From: the human T2T-CHM13v2.0 reference genome, Homo sapiens
Length of the DNA stretch: 64,000 nt
Assembly (NCBI RefSeq): GCF_009914755.1
Contig: NC_060932.1
Reading direction: 5' to 3' (one strand)
Shown here: piece after piece, positions 1-16,209 of the stretch
How the letters are laid out: each line of letters starts with the position of its first letter
Position numbering within the stretch: position 1 is the first letter of the stretch
Made by a program: the position numbers and the translations under genes
The notes under the pieces: generated by a model
What the model saw: the letters and a program-made list of their open reading frames with translations, nothing else
What the model was told of the DNA's origin: nothing
Databases searched by the model: none

Positions 1-1889
1 CACTGTTACAGTTTCAATTTCTGGAGATTTTCACATATTATTCTCTCAAGGTGTCCAGTGGTGATATAATATTCCCACACCCTTGAATTTATTCCTTGGA
101 CGTTAAAGAACTCTGTAAACCTAGCAGAAATTGCAATGTCTGACTAGATCCATGGGAGTTCTAGTTTAGAGAAGGTCTCAGGCACTTTGTAGTAGGTCAT
201 CACTTGCACACCATGAAGAGTATTTTCATATTAATCTGATTTCACATTCTTGGGCCATTTTCCTGGGCATTTTAAGATGTCAGAATTGGTTCCATGAAAA
301 CACCTGAAAATACTCCTGTGATATACCCTGCAAGAAAGCCCCTATTACAACAGTTGGCATGAATTTATCCCCATTAATCTGTGTTAATAAAATTTATGCA
401 AGTAAATACTTTCATCAAATGTACACACTTTGGATGAAATGAAAGGAATAAAATATTTTAACATTTCTTGAGTAATAAACAAAGTGCATTTCTTTTCAGA
501 ATATTGTTTCTTAATTTTGGTAGTAAACTTCTGAAATGCATCTTCTAATTAGAAACCTTCTTGAATATTTCACTTCAGAAACTCTGAAACACTTCAGAAA
601 AATTCTGAAACACCATTAATTAAGAAATTAGCTCTCAAAATAAACTGTGATTTTGAATTTTTAATGCCTTTTTCTATTCCACATAATGATTCTAGTTAAG
701 TCACAAATGGTATTTAACAGCTGTTTTATACAATTCAATATCTTAATAGCAATTAAGGCAGATTACAACCTAAATAGAATCAGTTCAAGGTATTAAATTA
801 GGGGCAACCCCGTGCTTCAGAATCAAGTAGATGAGGAAGTTCCTGGCTGCCTGACAAGACTCCATATGCTACTAAATATGCAAAGCTAGATTGGGAGATT
901 TTGTGTTTTGGAACTGTAGGCAGTGGCAATTCAGGAATATTTAGCACTAATGAAGAGCATCAGATCAGTTCAAGTTAATTAGCATTTATCCTTCCTCCTT
1001 CACTGAGTCCTTCTATCATGCTTCATTCAACATTAAATCTAAGCATGTACTATTAGAAATAAAAGTGGGGCCTGAATTACCTATCCTTGGAAAAAACTGG
1101 CAGCTGAACAACAGCTTTCCACATTCATTTGTCAACATTATCAATGTATTCACTTTACAGAGGCACCATTTCTGTTCTGTTTAAAAAATATTTCCTCATT
1201 TTAAACATAACATTTAAATGTAGTAATATTTAATTCATAGAATAAAATATTAATACTTCAAAATTCCAACTAACAAAATAAGGCCTGGTCTTCTATTTTT
1301 CCACTTTTCTTCCTCAACTAATATTTTAATATATTATGAATATAAAGCAGCACTTTTAATATCACAGCTCATATAATTATTTACACTGTTATTTAAATGT
1401 CTTATTTTTATAGATTGAAAGTATCATTTGTGGTCTGAAGCATATTAGCATTTTCTGAAAGGAGAAAATAATTTCCATTTGAGTGGTGTGAGTTAGAATC
1501 TATAATGTTTGTGTACTTAAATTTGTTTCTATTTCCAAACTCTTCTATTTATTTCTATTTAAATAAACAAAGTTTTTTTTAACTAGAATATTTTTTGCTT
1601 TAGATCATACGTAATATTTCCCTTTCCGGGTCTCCCTATACTTTTATATATACAAGAAGCTCAAATCTCTAGAAACTCATCTAAGGCAGAGCTATAATAA
1701 GTAGATCATTTGATTCATTAATTCCTTAATTCATTTGTTCTTTAAATATTGCTTGGTACCTTCTATTTACTATTCAGTGTAAGAACTAATCTTCCTTGAA
1801 GCATGTAAATCCAACTAAACTATTAGCTTTACCAACAATTTTATATATTTTTCACTTTTATTCTGTTTTGGGGGCTTCTTTTTCCACTC

Positions 1890-2010
1890 CTTTACTTAGT
1901 AAATGTGTGACTTTGGACAAGTGAATCAATTTAGTGAGCCCTCACTTTTCTTACAGAATTTGGAGGATGTATGAAATATGCATGAGGAAGTGATTTTAAA
2001 TTTAAAAACT
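1890..2010 (+). mobile_element. MIR SINE fragment
   Basis: tgtgtgactttggacaagtg...gagccctcacttttc resembles the MIR core (tgtgaccttgggcaagt...gagcctcagtttcc); strongly decayed. Confidence 0.55.
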
Positions 2011-4519
2011 AAACGTAAAGACTATTATGAGATTATTATGAGATTGTTTTACCCAATAAAGGGTATCTGGATTACTATTATCACAACTATCACCATGATA
2101 TGCTCAACGAAAGCTTCTGTGTATTAAAAAAAAAAAAAAAAAAAAAAGCCTGGTAATTGTTAAGAGAGAGGGAGAGAAAGGACGGTGGGAGAGTATGAAA
2201 GTGTAGTGTGGTAGCGTTACGTTTTATCAATCCATTAATATGCTTGATTTGTCATTCTTTTTATTTTAAAAAGGTCTATTCGCAGCCAGAAGATGTCATT
2301 AAAACCCTTTTCTATAGCTGAGTTGGGTAGGTTGAAGTGATCTGTTCTAACGTACTTTAAAATATGTGTTATTGTCTAGGCCAGAGAATTTTCCCTTCAT
2401 TATCACCTCATAAAACAACTATGAGAGGAGACTACACTTCTTACTCTAATGCAGTTGTAATGAAGTGAAAGTTTTCTGGTTTGCTTTTGGATTCTTCCTC
2501 ACAGAATTTTGCAACCCAAGCCAGCACACACCTTGGCTCATGTATTAGCTCATTTTTCTTTCCCCAAAATTAAAGTTCAGAGACTAGAGAGATCAAACGA
2601 AAACATGGAATTCTTAAACAATGTGTGGCTAGTCATATACTGCGAAAATTACTGAATTTCACAAAAAGAAAAATTCCTGTTAAGTTGTAAGAAATCTTCA
2701 TAATAATAATAACTTTTATCAGGTTAAATATAAACATTTCAAAGGATACTAATAGAAGCTCTTTTACCATCAATGTGTACCATATTCTTGAAATCAGATA
2801 AACTAATTGTAGTCTCAAAAATATGTTTAAATTGATGAACTACTTCTAAGGAACTAGAAACTATTGACAAGTAAGACTGAATATTTGTGTTGTAATGTCT
2901 ACATCTGTCTTATTCTGTTATACTAATTGAAAATCATTACTAGTTTAAACTCCACTAGAGAATTATCATTGGCAATAGTGAAATTTTTGTTGGTTTTATC
3001 CTGGACTCTTACTAAAACACCTTAATCTAAAACGTTATATGAGTTAATCATAATCTCTATTAAGTGTTTAGAAAGAAAAGGAAGTAACGCCTTAAAGCAC
3101 CTCTTTTATGCACTAGCAATTTCTGCAGCACAGATTTTACAAACATGCCCCTTCACTGCCCTCAGAAAAATTCTACTTTCTTGATAACGATCACATTGTA
3201 AGCTGCTGAAGTATTTCTTTAAAAAACACACAACCACAAACTCATGTAGCATGAAACTGTGATTTCTACAGATATTTCACAGAACAACTTGTACAATATT
3301 AAAGATATATATATGTATATATATATATTTCCAATTTGTGAAAGTTAAAGAGATGGTTGGTTGCACACAATTGTGAAACTGTTTATCCTTTATTTTGCTA
3401 TTTACATTTTAGTATTTAGGTATTAATTTAGGAGACAAATGGAAAAAAGAATTAGAAGAGTAGCCAGAAAAGGTGAAATATTTTAACGTCACATTTTCTT
3501 GCTTTCTCTAAGACATATGTTTCTAGATTCATTTTCTTTTTGACTTCCCGAGTAAATGCCACTTCATCTTTGATGATCACTTATCAGTTCAATGTGAATT
3601 TACAGTGTATCTATTTTCCTAAGTTTTAAAAATACATTAAATATCTATTATGCTTTAATAACAAATAAGATCTTTATTGAATTAAGGCAATTTAAAACTT
3701 TTGTGAAGACCTCCAAGGATTATATACATTGGAAAATATTGTCATATCAGAAAAATGTATTGCATTTGTGTCAAATTCAATATAATTTCCAAATAAGTGA
3801 CAGGCTTAATAGTGGATTTGAATATTCTTCCTAAATTGGAAGAAATAAAAGATACTATAAAAGGATTCTTGTTCCTGACAGTATCAGCTTTAGAAAGGAA
3901 AAACATATCCTAATTGATAAAATTGTTTATGGACTTTATCATAAGTTATACATTATATAATATTTGTGAGTGCTAGAGGATCTACCTAAATGTTATAGGA
4001 AAATGGAGCTGTCCAAGGCAAAGAACCTGGTCATGCACTCAGACGTATTCAATTGTGTTTGAAGTGCTAGCAGTGCAGTCTATTGGAGATCTAAAATATA
4101 TAAAATATATTACTAAATATATGGAATAGTCATTTCATTGTAAAAATAGATGAATATTGACCATTTTTTGGCTCATACTAATGTCTTCACTTGGAGACTA
4201 AAAATCTCATGTAAAATAAATCTTCATTAGGTAAAAGAAAGTCCAGAGAGAGAATACTTTTGAATAAGTTTCAATTTGTGTTAAAACTTAGGAGTGAGAG
4301 GTCTGAGAGAAAAGAAGAGCTCTGTTTACAACAGTGTACTTAAGAAAGACCAAGGCACAAAGCAGCACTGAGTTATGGACCAAAGTTTTGTGGAAGTTAT
4401 TTATCCACTTCAGTATGGGAGTTGGAGTGAAACAGTGCAGCAATATCATGAGCTAATTCCTATATTTATTTTACTTTTACGGTATGGTTAATTGCTTTGA
4501 TGGTTATTCACTTAACTTT

Positions 4520-5240
4520 TTATTAATTTATTCATTTGTTCAGTAAATATTTACCAAGCTTCTACTATATACTAGGAAAAAAGAAAGGTGCTAGGGATAT
4601 ACTTGGAAACAAAGTGCTTAATTTTTTTCATATTGTGTGATAACTCAAAAAAATATAAGATTAGAATTAATGTGAAAAATACTATAATGAAGCCAGGGTA
4701 AGATACTAAAAGAGTACGAAGAAAGGGCATATAACTAAAGTGGAGCATTGAAAAGTTTCTTAGAAAAAAAGATATCTGAGAGAAGGGTTAGAATGTTTAA
4801 AAAGACAGAGCAAGAGTGTGCTGGTCAATATCTAATTTCAATGTTCGAAATAGAGAACAATAAGAAATGGTCCCAGAAAAATTCAATAATATGCATAATT
4901 TACATAGTTTTGGAAATCACATTCACAACATTTGTATTTATCTTAAGAGCAAAAAGAAAAACACCAAATTAATCCAAAGAGATTGCACTGTGGTGAACAG
5001 ACTGAAAGAAAGCAAAACTAAAGCAGAAAACTGGCTAAAAGTCAGCTGTGATAACCCTCAAGTATAATGGCCCACGCCCTTTCATTAGCAGTAGGAATAA
5101 ATATAAAGGAATGGATATAAAGCTCAGTGTTTAATCAAATGGGTTTGGTTACTAATTTGTTGATGATGGTAAGGGAGCTTAAAGAGTCAAAAATATATAA
5201 AGCCAGGCATCTGCTTGAAGAAACTGTGATATTTATCTCA
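4520..5240 (-). mobile_element. L2 LINE 3' portion, decayed
   Basis: ttcatttgttcagtaaatatttaccaagcttctactatatactagg...gtgctagggatata matches the reverse-complemented L2 3' end, followed by purine-rich L2-like sequence. Confidence 0.5.
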
Positions 5241-5430
5241 TGATGAACCAAGGATGGATTGCAATTCTTCACCCTCAAAATGATGTTCTTTAAGTTGTGT
5301 TTGTTCTGAGATATCCCTATGCTGACTCTGTCATTCAACCAAATTCTGCATTGGTTTTGCTCCACTATCTTACACTGTCCTCTATGGGGACCTACGTGAG
5401 AACATTTATGTCCTAGTACTGAGATAAAGG

Positions 5431-5440
5431 TCTCTCTCTT

Positions 5441-5492
<52 letters not shown>
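5431..5492. repeat. (TC)n microsatellite
   Basis: About 30 TC units with a few interruptions, seen directly. Confidence 0.95.
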
Positions 5493-5493
<1 letters not shown>

Positions 5494-6803
5494 TTTCCTC
5501 TCCTCGCTCTTACTTTTCCCCTTTGTTGGACAATCAATTTTAAATCTCTCTCGTTCTCTATCTCCCATGGATTGCTAGTAAACTCAAAACGCTACCACTA
5601 GCAAAAAACGAGCAGGGAGAACTTATTAATCTTAGTCATGATTTTGGTTTAATTTCCTATCCTAATTCTCTCTTTGCCTCAAATTCCTTTCCTATTTGTT
5701 TTTCCTGTTTTATTATTTTGGAATGAGATCCAGATAAAGTAGGAAAAATACAAAACTTAAAGTCAAAAGATGTAAGTATTACCTTGACATTTTGTGAATC
5801 ATTTATCCTTTGTGAGGAGATAAATAGTAACAACAGAAATTATGATACGGTTGAAATGAGGTGATAAGTTGCAGTGTGGCCTGGCACATGATAGACTTTC
5901 AGCAAATGTTGGTTGAACCTGACTCTACGATGTCTGGATTAAGATAATTGTAGGAGGTCCTTAAGATCCTCTATTGGAATCATTATTTGGTGGCCCTGTC
6001 CTCCTCCTACTTAGATTATAATCTGCATCTCTATTTCACTCTCTAAATTAGTTACAGCCCTGAAAAAAAGTACAAAACTTCTGAACCCCCATAAAATGAC
6101 TCTTTTAATCTTCTAACTAGTACATGCACTTAGGGCCTCTGATAAATATGCACTCCATAGCCATCTTGGATTTAACCAGATATGACCTACTTACTCAGTC
6201 TCAGTCTTCATTCCAAATTTCTTGGATAAAGAAACCATTTCCTTTAACTCTGGTTAAAAGACAAATTATCTGATTGGGAGATAAAGAGAAATAAGACAAA
6301 ACAAAAAAGATCTAACCTAAAGGATTTTGTAATAAATGTGCATGCTAACAATTGCTAGAGAAGTTACTGTTTTATGATTATTACCATACTCTGTCTTATA
6401 CTGATATATCTTAAATCTATTTTTACTTGTAGTACTAAGATATAAACCTTGGAGGTGCTTTTTCAAGGTAGCTGACCAAAAACTATCTGAAGAAATTGTG
6501 CCCAGAGTGTTATGGAGAGCTGCTGCTACTGCTGCTGAAGCACTGAGAAAATATCTGGACCCCTGTATTAGAAGTGATCCTTCACCAACCTTCCTGTCAG
6601 ACACTGTTATGACCTCCACTGTAACTCCCATCCCTGTTTTACAAGGTCACTCCTGGAAGCCCATATCTCCCCTTTCCCTCCTCTTAATATTTTATTAATA
6701 TTTCCCTCTCTTAATAGTTTTTCTAAACTTCAGTCTTCTCAGCCTTTGCAGAACTTCTGGATCCTCTGGAAGTTCCAATTTGTGATCAATTAACTTTTTC
6801 ATG

Positions 6804-7130
6804 TGCCTTAGTCCATTCTGTGCTGCTATAACATAGTACCTAAGACTAGATAATTTATAATGAAATTTACTGGCTTCCAGTTCTGGAGACTGGGAAATCT
6901 GAGATCAAGGTGCTAGCACCTCATGGTGACCTTCATTTCATGGTGGCAGGAGAAGGGCAAGTAAAAGCAAGAGGGAACCAAACTTGCCCTTTTATAACAG
7001 CACCAACACCGCCCATGAGGCTGGAGCCTTCATGGCCTAATCACTTCTTCAAGGTTCCACCTTTTAATACTGCCTGGCGATTAAATTTAAACATGAGTTT
7101 TGTGGGGGAACAAACATTTAAATAATAGCA
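6804..7130 (-). mobile_element. MST-family (MaLR) solo LTR
   Basis: tgccttagtccattctgtgctgctataaca...cagttctggagactgggaa...ggcctaatcacttc...acatgagttttg...aatagca: both MST LTR termini in reverse orientation. Confidence 0.85.
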
Positions 7131-7534
7131 ACATAGTTTTAGTTTTTTATTTGCCAACTCCTTTCTTTAACTGAAATGAGGTATTTCCTAAAATCGCTGC
7201 TTCTCTCTAAGTCTTTTCAAATGGAAGCTACTTTTCCTGTCAGCAACCTGACATTTCCTAGCAGGAAGTTGAAGTATGTGTCTGATCTGCTCCCTAGAGC
7301 TCTTTTAAAGGTATAGATTTTTCCTGTAAAACCTCTTTTGAGGCTCCTATCTTCAAGATGGAACATTCCCTCTCCATTCTTATTGCTGGTCGTTAATTTA
7401 AATCTCACTGTCATTTATTTAAATCTCGAACTCTTGACTCAAAATCTTCATAGTATCTCAGATCTTGCAGCTTTTTATCTCAGAACATTGCAGAACCTGC
7501 CAATGTTCTGGCTACTCACTTGGTTCCAGCTACT

Positions 7535-7537
<3 letters not shown>

Positions 7538-7576
<39 letters not shown>
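7538..7576. repeat. (CA)n microsatellite, about 19 units
   Basis: Seen directly. Confidence 0.97.
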
Positions 7577-7579
<3 letters not shown>

Positions 7580-10500
7580 AATAGAATGACAGCTAAAAAA
7601 TTGGTATGAATAATTACATGGCATTCATGAGTCTTAAGTACTAGATATGAGCCTCTGTAAAGACATAAAACAACTTAAATAATCAAACCTTAGCTTATTG
7701 TGTCATGCTGGATTGGAGTGTTACAATGCTCTCCCAATTTACATAGATATACAAGTAGTTCCACCTCTCCTCATGACTCCTGAGCAACACATGTCCTCTT
7801 GCTTTCATCTTTACACTGCCCCATCTTTCACTCACCCTCCTGAGAGTATAACTCCACCCTTGCTTAGGTATTCTTTATACAGCAGAAGCAGCATTTTTTA
7901 TCATCATGTAATTTCACAGTGGATGAGCCATTTCCTTGTTGATATTGGAACATGCCTGCACAAGAACCTTATTTTCAGGACCTTTCACCTGCCCAGTGTG
8001 CCAGTCACAGCCACTGGAGAGCTAACTTTTCGGAAAAACAACCTATATATAACAAGAGTTATAAATACTTCTCTTCTACCTAGTTTTTGGAGATGAGTTG
8101 TCAAGAAATACGTGTTGGGGTTAATGAAGATGAGCACTTTACAGCTCCTGGCAAGGGTTAATGATCCCACAGATGTTTCTTTAGTTCTAATTATTACGGC
8201 CATTTAACGTGTTGATGATGACTCCTAGATTTATATTTTTTCCACTTCAATTGCTGTCTCCATACATGAAGGCTTCAAAACATATATGAAGGACACAGCT
8301 TACACACTGATCTGTACTTCTTCATCCCAATGACTGTTTCCTCCATTCCATCTCCATTTCTCAAGGAAACAGTTTTAGATTCATCTAATTTCTAAAATCT
8401 CTGATGCTAAAACCCCACTCTCCAATTAAAACATCTTTCCTTCCTGCTTTGCAAGTGCCCCTTCCATAAGAATATTTTGTCTCAATGCAAAAATCCATTG
8501 CATTGAGATGCATCCATGTACATCCCTACCACATTCTTCTCCCAATTTCTCAATGTACTTCATTATTTTTCCCCTGCTGAAGTTGTAATAAATTCCATTA
8601 TAATTACTCCTTTGCTAATATCTTCAGCTCTCTTATTCCATTTCCCTTGATGAAATATACATAATATTTATTTCTTTAGATGAAAATTGGGAAATATTTT
8701 ATTTAATCTCTCTCATAGACAGACAAGCCCTTCTTATCTACTTAACCAAATAGAAACAGGAGTTTGGTAGGTTATCATTTTAAAAACTAGAGAATGGCTG
8801 CAGCATTTGCTTCCTGTTTCTCTTCATCCATCCATTTACCTTAGTGTCTCTCCTGTTGAACTTGCAAGTTCTGCTTCTCCAAGTCACAATGAGTCAGGCT
8901 TGTTTGTCATTGTTTATTGTTCCTGTCTGGCTTTAGATTCTGCCCGTATTGAATATACTATCCTTTCTTTTTTCACTTCAAGCACTTCTAAGGGCAGTTT
9001 TGATAAGAGTTCAGGCTATTCTGCTTTTTGGTAGGATTAACGTAAATATTTGCATTCAAGACATTCTTTCCATTTGCTTCTTCTTATGGGATGATACTAA
9101 ATGCTGCATTGCACTGCTACAGCACATACATATTTTGTTTTGTTTTATAAGGAACTTCTGATACATTTCTGAGTTGGATTTTTAGAATTCAGGTATTACT
9201 GAACAGAAAATTTTGATATGAACATAAACTTCTATAATTTCCACTACCCACAAATATTTGAAAACTTATTATTGAATTGAATCTTAAGCATCTTATCCAT
9301 TTCTTTTGCTTTTGTTTTATTGTGAAATTGAATCTGTTTACTCTCTGCATTAACACAGGTTAAGGAAGTCCCTCCTCCTTGTCTCACAAGTTTTCACATT
9401 CCTCTTGTTTTTCTGTCATATTTTGATGTCTTCACTCAACGTTGGGTAGACTCAGCTGCATATTATCTATTTATCTTGATTCTTAAGTTGGAAGTATTTC
9501 TGGGGGAAAAAGCATTTAAGGTGGTAACATTCTAAATTTGTGCTAACCAATCTTAGTTGAATACTAAAAATGATTCTACAGTCTTTGGCTCAATTCTAAT
9601 TTACACATCACCTGTTCCAATCATCTTGCTTCAAGCCCTCAAACATATACTATATTCCATATCTCTAAGCAGATACTTTAATCTCCTGCTATACTGAAAA
9701 TTTTGATGAGAGTCAACCTCAACTCTTTTCCCTTATTATTAAATACTCCTTGTATATAATCACCATTGTGTACATCAGAGAAAGACAAACCATTCCTTTT
9801 TAAGGCAAGGCCTTCTATTTGTGATTATTGATGTCATACTAGTCTCTCAATACTTCTTCAATAGTTATTTCCTCTGGCTTTCATGTATAACTATTTTACC
9901 CAACTCTTTTCCATAAGTCTTCAAATAGTTTGACTTTTCCTTATGTTAGCACTTCTTGGGCCATGATATCTCCTGGATCTATTCTATATTCCAGTCTTCT
10001 CAATTCCTATTAGCATCGAGTGACATAGTTGAACCTCTTCTTTCTCTGACTTCTCTGCCCTGCCTTCTACCAACCTGGACTCTCTTGTCTTCCCAAATTT
10101 ATGATGTTTTTCCTCAATCTACCTCCCATTCTTGCCTCCAATATTGTCTCTTTTAAAACACTTCACTTTGGTTTGTAATTTCAGACATTTGTCAACGTTT
10201 CAACTGTCATTTCCATGCAAAAGTCTATGAAAAATTTGTCTTCTTTCCTAATACTCTGATCTATGTTTTCACTGCATTCTGGAGTGCTTCTCATGAGTCA
10301 TTGGAAGAACTTTCAAACTCAGTGTTTTCCTTTCAAACTGTTCCTTCTCCTGGTTTCCCAGTCTCAGGCAAGAAGACTGCCATCCTCTTTCTTTACACAA
10401 TTACTTGAAACCATCAGTTCTTCCTTCTCAATGTCTTTGCATTCACCCTCAGTTTTTCAATAGCATAGATTAGATCTCCATTGTCACTTGTACATAATAG

Positions 10501-10656
10501 TTTACATGTTCCTCACCTAAATACCTTAAGTGATAGGCTGAAAATGAATAAAACAAGACTAAAACAAAATAGAAGGAAAAAATCGTTTAAATGAAAGACC
10601 TTTTTGTTCCTTTGTTTCGATCAGATATATTTTATTTTATTCATAAACTTCATATT

Positions 10657-10957
<301 letters not shown>

Positions 10958-12552
10958 CATAAACTTCATATTATCACTCATCATTTCAGAAAAACTTGAA
11001 AACAACCTAATTGTGAAAAAAGTGACTCTAAATATTACCCCATATAAAACACCAGTCAGTTAGCTAAGTACAATTATAATTACAAATTTTTGTAATGGCA
11101 GACAACAGAAAGTATTCTGATTAAAAATCTTCCATCATTTACCTCTTGAACAAACTCATTCCTAAAACCCCATTTTCTCTACATAAGTTGACAAAGAAAA
11201 AAAGTGTGCCCTAGCTCTTGCTCTCTTTCTCATTGCTCTCTCTTCCCTTTCATTTAGAAGAAAACATATCATTTTTGGTAAATTGCACTTATATTAAGAG
11301 GGGAAAGATTGAAGTTTGGAGAGCAGATAGATGGGATGTTTTTCACAGACAACAAGATAGAGAAGAAGAATCTTTAAACCTCTAAACCCTCAACTTTCAC
11401 ATCTGTGTCCCACTACAATTCTGTGTCTGAGTGTACCTCAAAATGTGGAACTTTTAGAGGCAGAGAAGTTGCTGTAGTTCATCTGCTCAAGAGGGCTAAC
11501 AACTCTGAAACTGAGAGGTAGAAGTGAGGGTAGAAGTAGAACAAAGAGACAGAGACAGAGCAAAGTAATCATCTCACACTGAAATGTCACACACATATCC
11601 CAACGTAAGTACAAAGGGAAGAGCCAACGTAAGTGAAGAGCCTCAGTTGTGACACTGAGCATTGAATCTTTCCTGAGAGATCACATGCCAGATGAACAGA
11701 CAAGTATGAAGTGCAGTAAAGATGCACAGACCAAGTTTCTTTGTTTGATCAATATTGAAAAAAAAACCTAGCTATGAGAATGTTTGTAAATAAAGGGATT
11801 CCATTACTATTTCTTCCTCAAAGCTTGTTTACCAAACATAGAAAGCATCCAATCCAAGAATTGCTCCAAAATAATAGTTGAATGGCCATATTTTAATACA
11901 AATTTGCTATAGTTTCTAACACCTGGTGATGATGTAATGTGTCAGGTTCCGCTGTTGAAAGAGGATGTTACAGAAAGTCAATCCAAGTAATTTCTGTGTC
12001 TCAGCTCATAGCTCTGTTTGCATATCTCTCTCCCTTGAGACGGAATGCTTTGAAAGCAGAGATTATAACTTACTTATTCTTGTATGTAACCTATTGTGTC
12101 TGGCACAATATCTTGTATAATAAATGTGCTCATACACAATTATTAAATCTAAATATGTTTTCATAATTAAAAAGATAAGTTTTGCCGCAGAAATGAAATT
12201 CAAAATACAAAAATTTTAAATGTTGCAAAATATCTTCAAAGTCAATTTCTATGCCATTGTTTATTTTCATGGATGAGTTAGTGAATTTTACTTGTAACTT
12301 TCTTGCTGTAATATCAGAACACAGATGATGATATTGCTCTCCTTTGGTATTACCAAAAAATCATTTTAAAAGTGTAAATTATTGAATTCATAAAACAAGC
12401 CACTTCAGACTATCATTCTTATTTTGTTTATAAAATATTAGTCATTGATAGGTATAAATAATCTACTAAGCATACATTGAATAAATATAAGTGAAGTTCT
12501 AGTAGCTTTAAGTATTTAATTTAGTCTGACAGTCTACAGAACTAAAATTAAC

Positions 12553-12860
<308 letters not shown>

Positions 12861-12974
12861 AACTTTTCAAAACTCTAGAGATTCCAATTTTCCCAAATTT
12901 GGATCTTACATTATCATTTAAATTACTGTATTTTTCTTGTAGATATTTTTATTTTGTCTTCATTTGCTACTGGA

Positions 12975-13031
12975 TTTATTCATTCATTTATTCAACAAAT
13001 ATTTACTGATTGTGTTTATACACACATATAC

Positions 13032-13079
<48 letters not shown>

Positions 13080-13930
13080 GTATATGTTACTGAGTTTATA
13101 ACATGGAAAATACACATTCCTTGCCCTTACAGTTTAGATTGGAGCCAGACAAACAAACAATTGGAATACGCTGTGTCAGCTGCTTCACTGGAGGATGAAA
13201 GATACACAGAGGAAGCAGATGCCCTCTGCCAGGCTGCCCAAGGCCTGGAATGTTTAATGGGGACGTTCACAATTGAATTGAGACCATGTAATAAGTGAGA
13301 TTTTGTCAAGATTAATCCAAATGGGGTATCACAAGGAAGTACTCTCCAGGTGGAGTTCCATATAAAGGCTCCTAGCCAAGGGTTGAGGGAAAAAAATAAG
13401 GCTAAAATGTGACTCTGTGTCCATTTTCAAGGCCATCTTCCCTGGAGTACAGCTGATTTAAACCAAATAGAGAGGCCCTTTTTCTAATTTATTTGTTCAG
13501 AGTAAATATCTTGTAGTCCATCTGTCTGTGGGTAGGTGGGTGGTGGGCAGGAATTTTAAGGATCATATATATAAGGCAACCTACATGGCATCAGAAGACA
13601 TGGACAACTCCTTGCAAAAAAAAAAAATGTACAGGCAGGGAGGCAGCAGAGACTGTGGTATTCAGGGTCAGAAAAAAGTGGCGAAGGAAGGAAAAGGAAT
13701 ACATGATTTGAAATACATCAAAGAGGTGAAGGAATTTTGGAATTTTAAAATATCCGTTAAATTTTGTAACAGGGCAATTATTGATGAACTTAATTAGCAT
13801 GAACATGTTCACTGGAGTGGTAAGGGGCGAACCTAGTTGCAGTAGATAGTGTGGTGGTGGCAGTGAGGCAGGAAATGTGGTTAAAAAAAAAAAAGAGAGA
13901 GAGACCAAAAGCTGCAAGGGGCAGGTTTGG
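12975..13930 (-). mobile_element. L2 3' portion containing a (GT)n(AT)n microsatellite at 13032-13086
   Basis: ttcattcatttattcaacaaatatttactga is the reverse-complemented L2 terminus; downstream purine-rich L2-like sequence. Confidence 0.55.
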
Positions 13931-14667
13931 TGAATATTATGTTACACATGTGTATCAAATAATTCAAGATATAGAACATTTCCAGCTCCATAGAAGACCC
14001 CAATTTGTCTACTCCCAGTCAAAACCTCCCATCCCAAGAACACAACCACTATACTCACTTCTGTTACTATAGATTGCATTTGCCCTTTCTTTAACTTCAC
14101 ACACGCATATGGCCTCTTTTTCTCAAATGTTGATCACAAAATTCATCCATCCAAAATGTGTTCTTTTCCATTCCATCGTATGAATATATTCAATAGTTTT
14201 TAGCCACTAGTTTCTTAGTCATTATTGATAAATAATTCTTAGTTATTACATTTATTACCCATTCTTGGTTATTACAATCAGTGCTACCATTAATTCTTAT
14301 AGCCTATCTTCTGGGAGCTATGTACCCATTTCTTTGGGGTATACATCTAAGAATGAAATTGTTAGACCATAATGTAGGCATATATTTATCTTTAATAGAG
14401 AAATGCCAAAGCTTTCCAAAATGATTGCGTTCATTTACACTTCCGCCAGCAACCTATGAGGGTTGATATGTATCTTTGCCAACATTTGTGTTTTCCATCT
14501 TCTTCATTTTAGCCAGGCTAGTTGTTTCTCTATTTCATTGTTGTTTCATTCATTTTTCATTCATATCTTTCTGAAAGCTAATAATGTTAGTGTTCTTTTG
14601 TGAAATGCACATTCAAATCTTTTGACCATTTTTCTATTTGGCTTTCTCTCTTTTTATTATTTAATTT

Positions 14668-14975
<308 letters not shown>

Positions 14976-16209
14976 TTATTATTTAATTTCTTGGTGTCCA
15001 GTATATATTCTGAATATGTACTTTTTCAAAATTTAAAATATAAAATATGAAAAATATATTGCAAATATATTTTGTCATATCATGACTTGCCTTTCCCAGG
15101 TCTTAATGGTGTTTCCATAAAAAGAGAAATTTTTAATTTTAACTTTAACAAAGTGCAACTAATTAATATTCTTGTGTCCTGTTTACTGTGTCTTTTTTTT
15201 TCAGCTCAAATTTATGAAAGTATTTTTCTGTTTTTCTTAAAAAAACTTATTCTTTTGCTTTTTATAGAAAAGCCTACAATCTTTCTGTGATAAATTTTGT
15301 AATATGGTATGATGTATGGGTCATGTTCTCTCGCTCCTCCATATAGATATCCAAGAGAAACAGCATCATTTATAAGAAACAAATCCTTGGACAACTGTTT
15401 TGCAGCTGTTTTTGTGGCACTATGTGGGTGGGTCTATTTCCACCTTGCCTATGCTGATTTCCTTGTCTATTTGTCTATTCTTGTATGAATACTATACTGT
15501 AACTTTAAACGTTACAGTAACTCTTTAAGTCAGGTAATATATGTCCTCCTCCGTTATTGTTTTTTTCAATATTACATTAGCTATGGTTGGCCCTTTGCAT
15601 TTCTACATAAATATTGGAATTACAGTCTGCACATAGAACTTGAATAAACTGCTGAGATCCTTTTTATGCGTAGAGAATTTTAAGACAGCTTGGGTAGAAC
15701 AGTAGTGAATTTTCCTATCCATCAAACTGAGTTCTTTATCCAATTTATTTCTATATAATTACTACATAATTTTATGTAAAGAATATCTTGTAATTGCATT
15801 GTTTTCTATTTATTTATTTCTTATTTTTTACTTCATCATTTCTCCTTTATCGAATTATTGTAAACTAATAATGTATTTTTATTAAATTTTTCTTATCAAT
15901 TTAATACATATTCACTTACAATATCTAACCAGATATAACTAAGAGATTTTTCAAATAAATGAGTGTAGAATTTTGTCAAATGCCTTCTGTATATCTATTG
16001 GGTTGTGAATGATCTTTTTGTTTTTCTCATTAGTGAGGCAAATTACATCAGTTGATTTTCTAATGTTAAGCCAACTTTGATTTTGTGGTATAAATCTACT
16101 TTTTCATGATATATTATCCTGTTTCTATATATTGACAGATTCTATTTTTCATAGTTTCTTTAAGAATTTACATCTATACATGACATCTAGACATGAAACG
16201 GGTAGGCCC

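Larger units (their letters stand above)
6650..10520 (+). mobile_element. Long fragmented L2 LINE (ORF2-region to 3'-region remnants), interrupted by an MST LTR and (CA)n
   Basis: Pyrimidine-rich L2-like blocks, e.g. ttaactgaaatgaggtatttcc...gctgcttctctctaagtc (~7165) and ttcccagtctcaggcaagaagactgccatcc (~10355); continuity between blocks is inferred. Confidence 0.4.

Noticed and set aside
528-615. Cluster of ttcagaaa/ttctgaaa words resembling HSE or STAT sites
   Set aside because: Largely explained by a ~20-bp local duplication; spacing does not fit TTC-N3-GAA
2126-2147. Orphan A22 run, possible tail of a retrocopy
   Set aside because: No TSD and no recognisable upstream element; treated as a simple mononucleotide run
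7698-8096. 132-aa ORF
   Set aside because: TTG start, no domain similarity recognised, no splice context; lies among L2-like remnants
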